64,000 nucleotides of DNA from Candidatus Nomurabacteria bacterium (GTDB taxonomy: Bacteria; Patescibacteriota; Minisyncoccia; Phycocordibacterales; UBA918): contig CP060229.1 of assembly GCA_023898585.1 (NCBI GenBank), positions 662,587 through 726,586 on the forward strand, given 5' to 3'. Under the pieces are notes generated by a model. It made no database searches. It saw only the letters and a program-made list of their open reading frames with translations, and was not told the DNA's origin. Position 1 is the stretch's first letter. Each line of letters begins with the position of its first letter. This document shows positions 1 to 9,952 of this stretch, in pieces. Position numbers and translations under genes: made by a program.

Positions 1-323
1 CGAAATCCCGGAACGAGATCGAAGGGAAAACTAAAAATTCCGACGGTGGTTATAAGAGACAGTTGGTTTTTTATGCACTGTTACTTAGTTTGCACGATGA
101 TGAGCGCTATTTGTGCAGGGAAGGAGTTCTGTCTTTTGTTCAAGGAGACGCAAAGGGACGTGTCAGAGAAGAGACTTTTATAGTTACTGATGAAGAAATT
201 GAGGAATTAAAATCATCTATCATTTCTGCAACCAAAGATATCATTTCCGGTAAATTCTTAGAGTATCCCTGTGATGACAAAATCAGTGATTACTGTCATT
301 TGGTTGAATTGTTAAGGAGGTGA
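1..323 (+). CDS. PD-(D/E)XK (Cas4/RecB-like) nuclease, C-terminal fragment; 5' end lies outside the window
   Basis: The frame is open from position 3. It contains ...DGGYKRQLVFYALLL (motif III DYK plus QxxxY of RecB-family nucleases) followed by a C-terminal Cys cluster (C..PCDDKISDYC). No CRISPR array is visible nearby. Confidence 0.45.
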   Translation, partial: KSRNEIEGKTKNSDGGYKRQLVFYALLLSLHDDERYLCREGVLSFVQGDAKGRVREETFIVTDEEIEELKSSIISATKDIISGKFLEYPCDDKISDYCHLVELLRR

Positions 324-507
324 TCCGGGTTGTTGTATAAGAAACTGAAGGTCTGAAATCACCCTTACGTGTAATGCTATCTAGAGCCTGTCTTCAAAAT
401 TCACAATTTCAAGACGTCAAATCGAGGTAGGTGAGGCGTATTATGGACATACGGTGAACCTGGCCGAGATGTCGACAACGTAGAAATTGGGGGTTTTGGA
501 ACATGCT

Positions 508-1302
508 CTACTCGATAATGGGAATCCCGGCCTCGTTAAGAGGAACCTCACTTTTCACAGCAGTTTCCGTTTCTACCGTACCTTCCAGTTGCTCAATTAG
601 ATTTTCGATAATACCTTTAACCACGTCATAAGATTGAGCCCCGTTTATGATAGCCTGTTTGTTGCCAACAATAAGAACAGTGTATGGAGTGCCACGTGCC
701 CCTGAGTTGAAGCCGTCTCTAATGCTTGATTCAACCACGCTTTCCATACGACCACTTTCAACGCAAGAGACGTAATCTGACTTCGAGACACCCGCTTCCT
801 CGGCGTATTGTTGCAGTTTGGTAACATTGGTCAATTCGTTTGAATCTCTATCGGTGAATATCCTGTCGGAGAATGCCCAGAAAGCCTCGTTACCTCCTAA
901 GTTTCCGACGCAAAGGGCGGCTTCAGAGATTTTGGGAGAATTGGGGTGTAGTTCCGCCAGTGGAAATTGACGATAGACCCAGGCCAGTTTACCGGTTACG
1001 CCGTACTCATCCATGATTTGGTTTAGTGTATTGTGGTATTGACCGCAGAAAGGACAGTCGTAATCAGAGTATTCGACAATAAGGATTGGAGCATTCGGGT
1101 TTCCTTTTATGTAATCGGTTTTGTCTACGGGTCTTGAGACATCAGACTCTGACGACCCTTCCGATTCTAGTTGAGTGATGCTTAATTGCCTCGGTGCGTT
1201 TCCGTCCTTGTTTGTAAAAAAAATTGCCAGAGCGATCATTGCGAATCCGCAAATGATGGCGATTGGGATGGCTGGTGATGAATCTTGAGACGATGGTTCC
1301 AT
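508..1302 (-). CDS. Membrane-anchored DsbA-family thiol:disulfide oxidoreductase
   Basis: CPFC active site (YSDYDCPFCGQYH), an N-terminal TM helix and a C-terminal cis-Pro region (GTPYTVL). The start is trimmed to MEPSS (M50 of the tracked ORF) so the gene does not overlap the divergent uppP. Confidence 0.7.
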   Translation of the reverse strand: MEPSSQDSSPAIPIAIICGFAMIALAIFFTNKDGNAPRQLSITQLESEGSSESDVSRPVDKTDYIKGNPNAPILIVEYSDYDCPFCGQYHNTLNQIMDEYGVTGKLAWVYRQFPLAELHPNSPKISEAALCVGNLGGNEAFWAFSDRIFTDRDSNELTNVTKLQQYAEEAGVSKSDYVSCVESGRMESVVESSIRDGFNSGARGTPYTVLIVGNKQAIINGAQSYDVVKGIIENLIEQLEGTVETETAVKSEVPLNEAGIPIIE

Positions 1303-1353
1303 ACGACGTTGGTAACTTATTCTTAATATGAAAAGTATAGCACAAGGATATAC

Positions 1354-2184
1354 GTGGTATACTCTGCAATTATGGAATGGGTGGATGCAATCGTGTTGGG
1401 TTTGGTTCAGGGGATTACTGAGTTTTTGCCCGTTTCTTCGAGCGGACATCTTGTCTTGGTAAGAGACTGGTTATCGACAGGGGCGGAAATGGATTTCTTG
1501 GCCTTTGATGCCGTCTTGCATTTTGCCACTACCGGAGCGGTGATTTTATACTTCAGGCAGGATATCTGGAACCTGCTTCAGGTTGCTTTACGTAAGCTTG
1601 GACGCTTGCCGGTTAATCAAAGAGACATCACACTTTTGTACGCTCTCGTAATTGGTACTATTCCGGCTTCGATACTTGGCTTCTTTCTGGAATCCGTTAT
1701 AACGGAATATTTGCGCACACCGGTATTCGTGGCAATTGTTCTCTTTTTAGTATCGATATTCTTCATGTATGCTGAATGGCGGTATTATTTGGCGCCAGCT
1801 CACGGGGAGATGACTTTGAAACACGGTTTCTTGGTCGGGGTCTTTCAAGCCCTGGCCCTGATTCCCGGTATGTCGCGCTCCGGGGCAACTATTGCTGGGG
1901 GAATGTTACTTGGTTTGTCTCGATATGAAGCCACGCGTTTTTCTTTCCTTCTCGCTATACCGATCACCCTTGCCGCCGGCGCTAAGAAAAGTTTGGATTT
2001 GCTGGAACAAGGAGCGACTGTCGATTGGCTACTCATCGGCGCCGGCGCCGGAGTCGCCTTTATTACAGCGCTTATTGTCATACACTTCTTTTTGAATTTC
2101 ATTCGTAAGTACACATTGTGGCCTTTTGTTTGGTACGGAATAATATTGGCTGGTATGGTTGGGTACGTGACATTGTTTACTTAA
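1354..2184 (+). CDS. uppP: Undecaprenyl-diphosphatase (BacA/UppP)
   Basis: Classic UppP N-terminus VQGITEFLPVSSSGHLVL, multi-TM, 276 aa. Confidence 0.9.
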   Translation: MVYSAIMEWVDAIVLGLVQGITEFLPVSSSGHLVLVRDWLSTGAEMDFLAFDAVLHFATTGAVILYFRQDIWNLLQVALRKLGRLPVNQRDITLLYALVIGTIPASILGFFLESVITEYLRTPVFVAIVLFLVSIFFMYAEWRYYLAPAHGEMTLKHGFLVGVFQALALIPGMSRSGATIAGGMLLGLSRYEATRFSFLLAIPITLAAGAKKSLDLLEQGATVDWLLIGAGAGVAFITALIVIHFFLNFIRKYTLWPFVWYGIILAGMVGYVTLFT

Positions 2185-2262
2185 CCGGTCCTGTTTTCTT
2201 GACTAAAAAATTGGGGATAGTATAAATTTCTTGGAAGTTTTGACTTGAACTGGAGGTTTGAA

Positions 2263-2664
2263 ATGATCAAAACTAGGTTGTCTGTTGTCATAATTACAAT
2301 TCTTCTTATTTCGTCTGACGTGACAGCATATGTTCCTAAAGGAGATTTTCACACACTGTTGTATCACTCTAACCGGTGGCAAAAACTCGGTGAGGTAAAC
2401 TGTGGTCAAGTATCAATGGTCAGTTCTCTGAAGGGCAAACTGGAGCGGGTTGATTTGTATGTCAACGGCGAAAGAGTAATGACTTCCTTTTCAAAGAGGG
2501 GAGCTACTCTCATCAGAGCTTACATTAGTTCACCGGTCGTAAGTGAATCTGATACGTATGAAGAAGTTACGTATGAGGAATGGAAAGGACTTGTGAAACA
2601 AGCTATAATCGATAACAACGGAGTGGTTCCAGTAAGAAGCGATCAGTGCGTCAAGATTTTTTGA
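2263..2664 (+). CDS. Secreted hypothetical protein
   Basis: GGAGG sits 7 nt upstream of the ATG at 2263 (MIKTRL...). A signal peptide is present. The promoter-like TTGACT-17-TATAAA lies at ~2199-2228. Confidence 0.5.
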   Translation: MIKTRLSVVIITILLISSDVTAYVPKGDFHTLLYHSNRWQKLGEVNCGQVSMVSSLKGKLERVDLYVNGERVMTSFSKRGATLIRAYISSPVVSESDTYEEVTYEEWKGLVKQAIIDNNGVVPVRSDQCVKIF

Positions 2665-2697
2665 TCGTGCTAATAAAGATGCAAATTCAATTTTATT

Positions 2698-2733
2698 GCC
2701 CGCCAATCTGCAAATCGGCGGGTAAATTTTTTA
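2698..2733. terminator. Rho-independent terminator between converging genes
   Basis: gcccgcc-(12 nt loop)-ggcggg followed by taaatttttt. Confidence 0.55.
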
Positions 2734-3351
2734 GAATAATAGTGAATGAGTCATCGCTGTTTCTTCTTTTATTTCCCAGTGGTTGGTGTCGAGAGGAATT
2801 TCTTTTTTCTTATGGCCGTCTTTAAACTTAACATGTCCGTGTTTGCGAGCGTATTCAAAAACTTCCTTGGTCACCCTTACATCTTGCTCACAGTATTTCT
2901 TTATATCTTTGATATTTCCTTCGCGCCACCAGCGGACGGCCTGCAGACCGTCCGCCGTCTTCTTAGCCCCGATGGTTGCTTGAGCCACGCTGTCGAGACG
3001 AAGCCTCCTGCCTAGCGCTAGCTTAATATCTTCAAGTAAGTCAATGCTTTTTATTTGGGTAAGATCCCCCGGATAGTATTTGTTAAGTAATGGGATATCA
3101 AAGTGGTTGCTGTTGTAGCCGACCAGGGCGTCAGCTTTTTCAATGATCGGCCAGAGTCGATCAATCTCGTCCACGGTAACGGTAGTGTACTGGTTGGTTT
3201 CGCTGTCATAGACAGTGGCCACCGAAATATCGAGCGCAGTCACATCATTGGACCCAACATCTTGAAAAAGATTTTGAGTTTCTAGATCAAAAACAATATA
3301 TCGCATGGGGATGATTGTAGCATACTCCAAATAATCGAAGCTTAGGGGCAA
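2731..3351 (-). CDS. DEDD-type 3'-5' exonuclease (RNase H-like fold)
   Basis: YIVFDLETQ (Exo I) and YNSNHFDIPLL (Exo II) motifs. The start may be at M16 (3306). Confidence 0.55.
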   Translation of the reverse strand: MPLSFDYLEYATIIPMRYIVFDLETQNLFQDVGSNDVTALDISVATVYDSETNQYTTVTVDEIDRLWPIIEKADALVGYNSNHFDIPLLNKYYPGDLTQIKSIDLLEDIKLALGRRLRLDSVAQATIGAKKTADGLQAVRWWREGNIKDIKKYCEQDVRVTKEVFEYARKHGHVKFKDGHKKKEIPLDTNHWEIKEETAMTHSLLF

Positions 3352-3391
3352 GTGAACTTTAAGCTTGATTGAAAGTAAATAACAAATTACA

Positions 3392-4696
3392 TCAGTTAAC
3401 TGAGGTATTTTGTTTTATGAAATCAGTTAATTCACTGGGTGTTCCACTTTTTTCTTCACTGGTTTTTAGATTTTTTACAGTTATGATTCCGGAAGTGATT
3501 TCAGTCTCACCGATGACGATGATGAATTTTGTTCCACGGTCGGAGGCGCGGGCTTTTTTCTTGTCTGTTTTTTGAGAACCGATATCGGTTGCAACGGAAA
3601 TTCCTGCTTGGCGGATTTCAGAAGCTATTTTTTCAGCAGGTAAGTTTTGCTCGATAGTCTCCGGAATAACCGTGACTGTAGCGGTTGTGCTTCGGACTCT
3701 TTCCGGAATGAGGTTGTTTTCTTCCAGAAAATCACGCAAAGTGACGTCTCCCATGCCAAAACCGATTCCCGAGACGGGTTCATTGCTGAACATCATCGTG
3801 AGGTTGTCGTAACGTCCGCCTCCTAGCATTGCTCTGCCGGTTGGGTTCCCGCCTTGGTCTACTTCGAAGACTTCAAAAATGGTACCGGTGTAATAATCAA
3901 ATCCACGGGCTAGAGAAGGTGAAAAAGCAGTTTCGATTCCCAGTTCTCGCAGACCGTCGATAACTCTCATAAGAGAGAGGTTTGTGTCAACTGAGTCAAT
4001 TAAAGATTTGTCTGCCTGGTTAAGCTCGGTATAAAATTTTTCGACATTGTTTTCTGGCACCACTTCTTTTAATAATTCTTTGAATTCTTCAACCGGTAAT
4101 TTGTCCATTCTGTCAATTACTCTGGTTGCTGAGATAATGTCGTTGCTACCATTTTTTCTCAATAATTCGCGTAAAAATGTACGGTGGTTTATTTTTATAA
4201 TAAATTTTTGTGGATTAACGCCAAAGTTAATCATCGTCTGATACGCCAGAGCAATCAGCTCGATGTCCGCCGTTATTTCGTCACCGCCAAAAATATCACA
4301 GTTAAACTGCCAGTGTTCACGAAGCCTGCCTTTTTGCGGGCGTTCGTAACGGAATAGATTGGGAATAGAATACCAGCGCAAGGGAAGGGCAAGTTCACGC
4401 TGTTTACCGGCTATCATACGGGCAACGGTTGGTGTCATTTCGGGACGAAGAGTCACTTCGCGACCGCCTCGGTCGGTAAAGGTGTAGGTTTGTTCATTGA
4501 CAAGTTCTTCATTCTCGGCTCCTTTGGCTTTATACAAATCTGCCGGCTCAAGAATAGATGCGTCGTATCGTTCAAAACCAAAACTTTCTGCGGTTTTGGT
4601 CCAAGTTTCAAAGATGTATTTCTGTACGGCCATGTCGGCCGGATAAAAGTCCCGCACACCCTTATAAGAATCAGTTGAGAGTTTTTTGTCTGACAT
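3392..4696 (-). CDS. hisS: Histidine--tRNA ligase
   Basis: Class II aaRS HisRS motifs and a C-terminal anticodon-binding domain, 434 aa. Confidence 0.9.
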   Translation of the reverse strand: MSDKKLSTDSYKGVRDFYPADMAVQKYIFETWTKTAESFGFERYDASILEPADLYKAKGAENEELVNEQTYTFTDRGGREVTLRPEMTPTVARMIAGKQRELALPLRWYSIPNLFRYERPQKGRLREHWQFNCDIFGGDEITADIELIALAYQTMINFGVNPQKFIIKINHRTFLRELLRKNGSNDIISATRVIDRMDKLPVEEFKELLKEVVPENNVEKFYTELNQADKSLIDSVDTNLSLMRVIDGLRELGIETAFSPSLARGFDYYTGTIFEVFEVDQGGNPTGRAMLGGGRYDNLTMMFSNEPVSGIGFGMGDVTLRDFLEENNLIPERVRSTTATVTVIPETIEQNLPAEKIASEIRQAGISVATDIGSQKTDKKKARASDRGTKFIIVIGETEITSGIITVKNLKTSEEKSGTPSELTDFIKQNTSVN

Positions 4697-4772
4697 AGTG
4701 TTGTGATTGTAGGGGAATTAAAGTTTATTATCAAGCTCAGCAACATTCCACGTACCAAAATGTTTTTGGTGA

Positions 4773-5339
4773 TTATTCAACCGAATCAGGATTGATGTGC
4801 AAGACCCGAAGTCTATCGTCCATAGCCTTTTGAATAATAGCTTGCAGTTCTTTAGGGTCGGGAAGACCGTTGGTTTTAAAATTGCTCTCATGCGCGCCGG
4901 CGGTCTGGGCTTGTAGTGTGCCGAAGTTCAATAAGGTAGGGATGATTCCTTTTATGTAGAATTCTATATCTTGTAGTCTCTCCAAACGAAATATACTGAC
5001 ATTACGGTTAAAAAAATGAATTTGATCCACCAAGATTATTCTTCGGTCAGTGATGATCCAAAGGTCAAGATAGTAGTGAGTCCAAGTCATAAATCCCGCC
5101 ATTAAGCAAAGGACAGACCAACCGGCAACGGCGAAAGTGATTATGGCTGTGTAGTGACCTAAATTAAAATCAAAATTTATTAATGTGTCTGGGAAAAGAG
5201 CGATGATAAACAATAGGAAAAAGGGGAACAGTAGCATTAAGAAAAAACCAAAAAGCTCTGCCACTATGACAAACCAATGTTTTCTTACTGTTTTAAGAAT
5301 TTTCTCACTTTCTTCAAGTTGTATTTTTTCAAATAGCAT
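4773..5339 (-). CDS. Membrane protein with bacterial PH (bPH_2/YdbS-like) domain
   Basis: Two TM helices followed by an ITDRRIILV-type bPH_2 domain. Confidence 0.5.
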   Translation of the reverse strand: MLFEKIQLEESEKILKTVRKHWFVIVAELFGFFLMLLFPFFLLFIIALFPDTLINFDFNLGHYTAIITFAVAGWSVLCLMAGFMTWTHYYLDLWIITDRRIILVDQIHFFNRNVSIFRLERLQDIEFYIKGIIPTLLNFGTLQAQTAGAHESNFKTNGLPDPKELQAIIQKAMDDRLRVLHINPDSVE

Positions 5340-5349
5340 GAATCTGTAT

Positions 5350-5577
5350 TTATATTATGACAGTCATTACACCCATTACTGCTAATAGTGGCAATGTGGT
5401 TGCGAAATATAGGAAGAAAGTCAAACCTGTCACCTTGGTGTCTGTGCTGTAGTTTGTCCAATGATAATAAAAAATAGCAGTGAAGATAACATAAGAGGCT
5501 AGAATAAAATAAAAAACCAACAAGAGTAAAGTTTCCATAGGAAGATCAATTGGTGGTGTTTGACTAATGAAATTCAC
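5350..5577 (-). CDS. Small membrane protein
   Basis: 75 aa, 2-3 TM helices. Confidence 0.3.
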   Translation of the reverse strand: MNFISQTPPIDLPMETLLLLVFYFILASYVIFTAIFYYHWTNYSTDTKVTGLTFFLYFATTLPLLAVMGVMTVII

Positions 5578-5584
5578 AGCTAGG

Positions 5585-6344
5585 TTATTGTAGCACTAAA
5601 ATCGAGTAACGCTCGATACCATACTGGTCTTTATGAGTAGTGACAGAAAAATTATTTTTGTGCCCCAGTTCCATTATCAGAGCGGACTGCTCAGGTTCGT
5701 GTTCGAGCCAGAGTTGTCCGGTTGGTTCGATATATGATGAAGTCTGGTTAATGATTTCGGTAATTACTTCCATGCCTTTCTCACCACCAAAGAGAGCAAC
5801 GTAGGGCTCGTGTTTTCTAACTGACTCTTCAGTGCGATTGAGGGAAGGGTCTATATACGGTGGGTTTGAAAGTATAAAGTCATATTTTCCAGTCAAACCA
5901 CCAAAAAGACTGGTGTGAAAAATGTTGTACCGGTCTTCTGATATGTTATTCTCCTCGAGATTTTTTCTTATAGTTGGGAGGAGGCGCGCGTCGATTTCGG
6001 AGAAATCGACGCGCGCCTCGGAATTGCCTTTGCCACCGCGATACCGATACAGCCACTGCCGGCGCAAAGATCGAGATGCGTGGCGGTACTTTACCGAGGC
6101 CGAGAGATAAAGTCTCTCTCCCTTTGATAACTTTTATTGCCTCCTCAGTCCAAAACTCTGTTTCGGGGCGAGGAATCAAAGGTTTTGAGTCCAGGCAAAT
6201 TTTACAGCCAAGAAAGGGTGTGTGGCCGATTAGGTAAGCAAGTGGTTCACCGAGGGCGAGGCGTTTGCAGTCGGCGAAAAAAGCTTCGCTTTTTTCGCCT
6301 CCGTACTTCTCCTCTAATAACCACTCCATCTCTTGACTTTCCAT
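5585..6344 (-). pseudogene. prmC: Release-factor glutamine methyltransferase PrmC/HemK, disrupted by two frameshifts (or assembly errors)
   Basis: HemK signature pieces sit in three different frames: the N-terminus through LIPRPETE, then [19 protein letters not shown], then [14 protein letters not shown]...ILSNPPYI. The second shift coincides with an 18-bp perfect GC-rich inverted repeat at 5981-6019. Confidence 0.55.
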
Positions 6345-6358
6345 ATATTTTTACTATT

Positions 6359-6802
6359 ATGCAATTCAGTAGTTATTTCGTCAAATTGTCTGATAAAAAC
6401 AGGAGAGTGTTAATGAACGCATCTATTAGTGAATGCGACGCATTCCGAAAAAGAAGAATTTCCGATTCGTTTGGAACACTGGAAGATGTCCGACATAAAC
6501 TATATGTCTGTACTGAAATAGACCAGCGTCTCAAGAGGATCTATTTTCTCGATGTCGGCACCTTCTTGGAGATGTGGAGTGCTTTGCGGAGCGTGGGTAC
6601 ATTCGACGGCGTCAAGCTTTACAAGGTAGCGTTCCAGCTGGAAATATCAGATTCTTTTCCGGTAACACAACCGGCCTCTGAAGACTTTTTCCGACCTTTA
6701 CAGCAGGTATATCGTCAGTTCCTGTGCGAAGCTCTGAAGTTGGCACGAGAGGAGCTGATCAGTCAGAAAAATACTCTAGCTTCTCTCTCTGTCAAGGCTT
6801 AG
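6359..6802 (+). CDS. Hypothetical protein
   Basis: The tracked ORF 6137-6802 is trimmed to the ATG at 6359 (MQFSSY) to remove its antisense overlap with prmC. Confidence 0.4.
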   Translation: MQFSSYFVKLSDKNRRVLMNASISECDAFRKRRISDSFGTLEDVRHKLYVCTEIDQRLKRIYFLDVGTFLEMWSALRSVGTFDGVKLYKVAFQLEISDSFPVTQPASEDFFRPLQQVYRQFLCEALKLAREELISQKNTLASLSVKA

Positions 6803-6875
6803 TTCTCAGATTATCGATTTTTTTTATGTAGCCGGCCATTAACCGCCGGCTATTATTTTTGCTACAATAACAATC

Positions 6876-7634
6876 ATGACACCCGGTCCAATCTTGGAAA
6901 TCAAAAATTTAACCAAAATCTACCGTAATGGTAGACGAGAAGAGACAGCTTTGAATAATGTCTCACTCGATGTTGAAAGAGGAGTTTTCTTCGGTCTGCT
7001 TGGTCCGAATGGGGCAGGGAAAAGCACTTTGATTCACTCTGTTACAGGCGTGACGGAACCGACTTCGGGTGCGATTTTGATTGACGGTGTTGATGTGGTC
7101 AAAGATTATAAAATCGCCCGAACGAAGGTGGGCCTTTCTCCGCAAGAATTCAACGTAAATATATTCAATACGCCTGCGCAAATTATGGACTACATGGCTG
7201 GTTATTACGGAATTCCCAAAGCTACTCGAAAAGAAAAAATAGACTCGTTAATCAAAAGGTTCAATTTGGAAAAACACCGAGATGTTTTGTTTCAAAAGCT
7301 TTCCGGTGGTTTAAAGCGCAGAGTATTGCTCGGACGTGCTTTGGTCCACACCCCGGATTTGTTGATTTTGGACGAGCCGACAGCCGGAGTGGATGTTGAA
7401 CAAAGACGTGGCTTGTGGGAATATCTGAAAGAGTTAAACAAGAGCGGAAAAACAATAATTCTGACGTCACATTATCTGGAAGAAGTGCAATATCTTTGTA
7501 ATGAGATAGCGATTATCAACCATGGGAAGATTGTCGCTTCGGGCACGAAAGCGGAATTCATGAGAGACGGGAAAAGCCTTGAAGAGAAATATCTTGAAAT
7601 TACCAAAAGCAACAATAACAAAAATGCTTTATGA
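6876..7634 (+). CDS. ABC transporter ATP-binding protein (ABC-2 exporter type)
   Basis: Walker A GPNGAGKST, signature LSGGLKRR, Walker B ILDEPT. Confidence 0.85.
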   Translation: MTPGPILEIKNLTKIYRNGRREETALNNVSLDVERGVFFGLLGPNGAGKSTLIHSVTGVTEPTSGAILIDGVDVVKDYKIARTKVGLSPQEFNVNIFNTPAQIMDYMAGYYGIPKATRKEKIDSLIKRFNLEKHRDVLFQKLSGGLKRRVLLGRALVHTPDLLILDEPTAGVDVEQRRGLWEYLKELNKSGKTIILTSHYLEEVQYLCNEIAIINHGKIVASGTKAEFMRDGKSLEEKYLEITKSNNNKNAL

Positions 7635-8392
7635 ATTGGATAGGACTGTATACATTGTTGCGACGTGAGGTAGAAAGAACACTGGCCGTGGCCATACAGA
7701 CACTAGCTGCGCCGGTAGTTTCCGCCACCCTGTACATTTTTATATTTGGGACGGTATTGGGAACCAAAATAGATGATTTTGCCGGAGTCCCCTACATTTC
7801 TTTTGTTTTTCCCGGCGTACTCATGATGTCAGTTATCAACGCGTCTTTTGCCAGTGCTTCTTCAGGACTTTACTTTATGCGTTTTTCTCGCGGAATCGAA
7901 GAGATTCTCGTCGCTCCCTTATCTTATTTTGAGATGTTAGTCGGTTTTGTCGGTAGTGCGGTTGCAAGATCTGTGATTGTCGGTGTACTGATTCTAATTG
8001 TAGGATTTTTCTTTGGCGCGGTGACATTGTCAAACCCTTTAGGTTTTATCTTCTACGTGGTCACCATTGCTTCCATCTTTGCTATGCTGGGAATAATAGT
8101 GGCTTTGTGGGCGGAAGACTTTGAACAACTGCAAGTTTTAAACACCTTCGTCATCACACCACTCACTTATTTGGGAGGAATTTTTTATTCAATATCGTTT
8201 TTGCCCGATCTGGTCGCTACTATTACTCGTCTCAACCCATTTTTCTATTTCGCTGATGGAATCAGAAGCACTATGATTGGGTATAGTGAGTCCAACTTAA
8301 TGGTTGGGGTGTTTATTATTTTGTTTCTCCTTGCATCTTTGGCACTTTTGGTTACGTATTTATTCAGGTCGGGATGGAAGATACGAACATGA
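7631..8392 (+). CDS. ABC-2 family transporter permease
   Basis: 6 TM helices, 4-nt overlap with the upstream ATPase gene. Confidence 0.75.
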   Translation: MNWIGLYTLLRREVERTLAVAIQTLAAPVVSATLYIFIFGTVLGTKIDDFAGVPYISFVFPGVLMMSVINASFASASSGLYFMRFSRGIEEILVAPLSYFEMLVGFVGSAVARSVIVGVLILIVGFFFGAVTLSNPLGFIFYVVTIASIFAMLGIIVALWAEDFEQLQVLNTFVITPLTYLGGIFYSISFLPDLVATITRLNPFFYFADGIRSTMIGYSESNLMVGVFIILFLLASLALLVTYLFRSGWKIRT

Positions 8393-8455
8393 GAGTATAG
8401 TTGTCTACAGAAGAGTGGCGCCGAAGGCGCCACTCTTTGTTAAACTTAATGAAGT

Positions 8456-9457
8456 ATGAAAAAGAACACCAAATTATATGAAACAGTAGCCGCTCTGTTG
8501 TCTCCCGGTAAAGGTATCTTAGCAGCCGATGAAAGTGATCCAACAGCCGGCAAGCGTTTGGCCATGGTGCATCTACCTAACAAGCCGGAGAACCGACAAG
8601 ATTTCAGAGAAATATTATTTACAGCTCCCGATATAGAGAAATATCTTTCTGGGGTGATTATGTACGATTCATCGATCCGTAACACGACCGATGATGGCAC
8701 TCCTTTTCCGGATGTGCTCACTGCAAAAGGTATCGTGCCAGGGATCAAGGTTGATTTAGGCACTTCCGAATTGCAAGGCTTTAAAGGCGAGGTGGTGACT
8801 CAAGGACTGGATAATTTAACTGATCGTTTTGAGGAATATTACGATATGGGGGCTCGTTTCGCTAAGTGGCGAGCGGTTATCACTATTGATGAAGATAAAA
8901 CACCGACAGACGAAGCGATAAAAATCAACTCCATAATGCTGGCTCGATATGCCCAAATCGCCCAAACGTCGAGCATTGTTCCAATTGTTGAGCCGGAAGT
9001 TATTCATGCCGGAGATCATTCTATTCAGAGAGCGGAATTGGTGACGACCCGAACACTGCAAATTCTTTTTCAGACTCTAATGGAATACAAAGTTGATTTG
9101 GCCGGACTTATTCTCAAATCATCAATGGTTTTGGCGGGGGACGTGTATTCTGAGCAGTCTTCACCCGAAGAGGTAGCGAATGCGACATTACGCACTTTCC
9201 ATATGAGCGTACCTTATGAGTGTGCCGGAATTGTCTTCCTATCCGGAGGACAGACCCCAGAGCGGTCAACCAAAAACCTTAACGCCATTGGTAAGATGGG
9301 TGAACAACCCTGGCCAATCACTTTTTCATTCTCTAGAGCCATTGAAGAGCCAGTCTTAAAAGCCTGGGAAGGAAAGAAAGAGAATGAAGGTAAGGCGAAA
9401 GAAGTATTGTTGGAAGTAAGTAAGCAAAACAGTCTGGCGAGCCTTGGTAAATTGTAG
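8456..9457 (+). CDS. fba: Fructose-bisphosphate aldolase, class I
   Basis: GKGILAADESDPTAGKRL N-terminal motif of class I aldolases, 333 aa. Confidence 0.85.
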   Translation: MKKNTKLYETVAALLSPGKGILAADESDPTAGKRLAMVHLPNKPENRQDFREILFTAPDIEKYLSGVIMYDSSIRNTTDDGTPFPDVLTAKGIVPGIKVDLGTSELQGFKGEVVTQGLDNLTDRFEEYYDMGARFAKWRAVITIDEDKTPTDEAIKINSIMLARYAQIAQTSSIVPIVEPEVIHAGDHSIQRAELVTTRTLQILFQTLMEYKVDLAGLILKSSMVLAGDVYSEQSSPEEVANATLRTFHMSVPYECAGIVFLSGGQTPERSTKNLNAIGKMGEQPWPITFSFSRAIEEPVLKAWEGKKENEGKAKEVLLEVSKQNSLASLGKL

Positions 9458-9483
9458 ATTTGGTAGAAACTGGTGGAAAATAG

Positions 9484-9527
9484 AAAATGCGCTCGAAGAT
9501 GAGCGCATTTTCTACTTCTTTTGTTTG
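9484..9527. terminator. Bidirectional rho-independent terminator (fba / rpmG)
   Basis: aaaatgcgctc-gaagat-gagcgcatttt perfect hairpin followed by a T-rich tract. Confidence 0.6.
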
Positions 9528-9691
9528 TAAACTGTGTGCGTTTTGGCAATCGGATTAAATTTCGTGGTTTCGTATTTCTTGCCTGGATCTTTCTTGTTTT
9601 TGTTGTTATACCGGGTGTAATAGACATGGCCTTTACCAACGCCATTTTTGTCGCCGACTGACACCAGTTTGATTAGTAAATCCTGTGACAT
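9512..9691 (-). CDS. rpmG: 50S ribosomal protein L33, Cys-less type; below the 60-aa ORF-track cutoff
   Basis: Manual translation: MSQDLLIKLVSVGDKNGVGKGHVYYTRYNNKNKKDPGKKYETTKFNPIAKTHTVYKQKK. This matches the bL33 pattern Y.TtkNK..P..lE.kKy.P..kHT...E.K. Confidence 0.55.
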   Translation of the reverse strand: MSQDLLIKLVSVGDKNGVGKGHVYYTRYNNKNKKDPGKKYETTKFNPIAKTHTVYKQKK

Positions 9692-9952
9692 AGTGGCGCT
9701 AGCATACCAAATTGACTCTAATCGTCAATAGCAAAAGTATGTTCTTTATAAACCAAGAAAGTTAGTAGAAACCATACCAAACAGCGACCAATACATAGAC
9801 TACCGTTTTTTGAGCTGACTGTAAATTTAGACATACACAATCGCCATTTATACACCACAATAAATGTCACTTGCCCCATTACCCATGTTATCATAAGTTC
9901 TAAGCTTGGCGCGAGTAATGTCTTATTTGGGGTGCTAAGTGTACAGCTATAC

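Noticed and set aside
5981-6019. GC-rich 18-bp perfect inverted repeat inside prmC, considered as an inserted MITE or hairpin element
   Set aside because: The palindrome itself encodes the conserved HemK residues [12 protein letters not shown] in the correct local frame. It is native coding sequence that happens to be palindromic, not an insertion.
6137-6358. N-terminal 74 codons of tracked ORF 6137-6802
   Set aside because: They overlap prmC on the opposite strand. An internal ATG at 6359 gives a non-overlapping gene.
8446-9645. Minus-strand ORFs 8446-8763, 8816-9061 and 9214-9645 overlapping fba
   Set aside because: They are antisense to a well-supported class I aldolase gene, low-complexity and without domains. 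The real small gene in this area is rpmG (9512-9691), which the 9214-9645 ORF only partly shadows.
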